Positions 62,905-64,000 of a DNA stretch of 64,000 bases are shown here, piece by piece (the first letter of the stretch is position 1; each line of letters starts with the position of its first letter). This stretch comes from Antedon mediterranea (Eukaryota; Animalia; Echinodermata), in NCBI RefSeq assembly GCF_964355755.1, contig NC_092673.1, forward strand, positions 5,456,001 through 5,520,000, read 5' to 3'. The notes under the pieces were generated by a model. That model did no database searches. It saw only the letters and a list, made by a program, of their open reading frames with translations, and had not been told where the DNA came from. The position numbers and the translations under genes were made by a program.

Positions 62905-63054
62905 ACTCTGTCTACACTATCAAACTTTATGCAACAAAAAAATGTGATATACTGTATACTGTAGACAGGATGATGTCATATTTAAGCATATCACTACCAT
63001 ATTTGGGCATGTCACTTTTTTGTCATTTTGTAGTTTGATAATGTAGACAGAGCT
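62905..63054. mobile_element. MITE family A copy carrying TACTGTA motifs
   Basis: TIRs; interior reads gatatactgtatactgtagacag where other copies have gatgtgcccatatatgga. Confidence 0.75.
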
Positions 63055-64000
63055 TTAGACTATACAGTATTAATTTGTACTTATTTATCTCCAATCCTTC
63101 TTATAAACAACACACCAAGTTCAAAACTCAGAAGACCAAATTGGCCTAGTTAAAATACCTCCCATTGTGAATTAAACAGTGTAGTAGGCTATAAACTAAT
63201 CGACAAATATAAAGCCAATCAGACCATGAACACTACCTCCTTGGGAGCTAATTATGAGTCTTAGAAATGTACAATAGTAAAACTTGAATCTCTACCCAGA
63301 GACCGATTACACTGGACGTTCCATTTCCTATTCTAGTAAAATAAACTAGTTTGAACTTTTCAAATAGTTCATGTGCATTACATATTACAGTAGTTTGTCT
63401 TCATGCATATCCGACTACCTTGTCTGGTATACAGTACCTTCATTAATTATGTAGTTTGAGGTCATACTATACTTATAAAGGATGTTGTGTATGTTCCTTG
63501 GTGACAGTATGACTGACCACTGACCAATTCTCGAAAATATTAATTTTTAAGTGCAGTACAGTATTATACTATAGTAGAATGAATTTTACCAAATTATAAT
63601 TTGAACAATAAAATATTAATAATATAGTTTATACAATCAAGTGCACAATTATGAATGTTAATGACTTGAAATGGGAAAAATATTTTCATGAGTAAAGATT
63701 CACTCTACCTCATCTGAATAGAAACAGTAAGGCTTTTTCAAATGAAAATTCAATAGATCTCCACCCATTTTGTTGTCACATAAAGTTTGCTAGTGTAGAC
63801 AGAGCTTAAACAGCTTTTACAAAAAGTTGAAGTACTAAAAGTTGATAAGTGCCTTAATACTACAGTTAGTATAGTACAATGGAATATGAAAAATTAAGAA
63901 TGGCAAGTTAATTTGATGAAACTTGCTTCATTAATGACCTCTCTCACAAGGTCACATTAAACTAATAAATTAGTCTCTTTATAATTAGCTAATTAAGGCT

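Overview
AT-rich animal genomic DNA with spliced genes, probably from a marine invertebrate (inference). Gene order: PDZD7/whirlin-like (-, 5' part), FAM204A (+), RNF103 (-), two diverged tandem RNF103 paralogues (-; one has a single in-frame TGA and a ~3.6-kb array built from its own stop-codon region), TAF1B (-), SLC49A3/MFSD7 (+) and the first coding exon of a GRK4/5/6 kinase (+). A very young full-length Gypsy LTR retrotransposon (6836-14203) probably lies in the first intron of the PDZ gene. There are many MITEs, SINEs, minisatellites and one tRNA-like gene. The most striking signal is a layer of apparent DNA-transposon excision scars. (1) 5-bp TA->TACAGTA/TACTGTA insertions can be shown by internal comparison: one frameshifts Gypsy pol, one is the only difference I found between the two LTRs, and one sits in a paralogue's splice donor. 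(2) TAGGCCTA-type motifs cluster at promoters. (3) 14-27-bp CANRG..CYNTG hairpins are flanked by 7-8-bp target-site duplications, as expected of P-element footprints. Exon models, coordinates and comparisons were done by eye.
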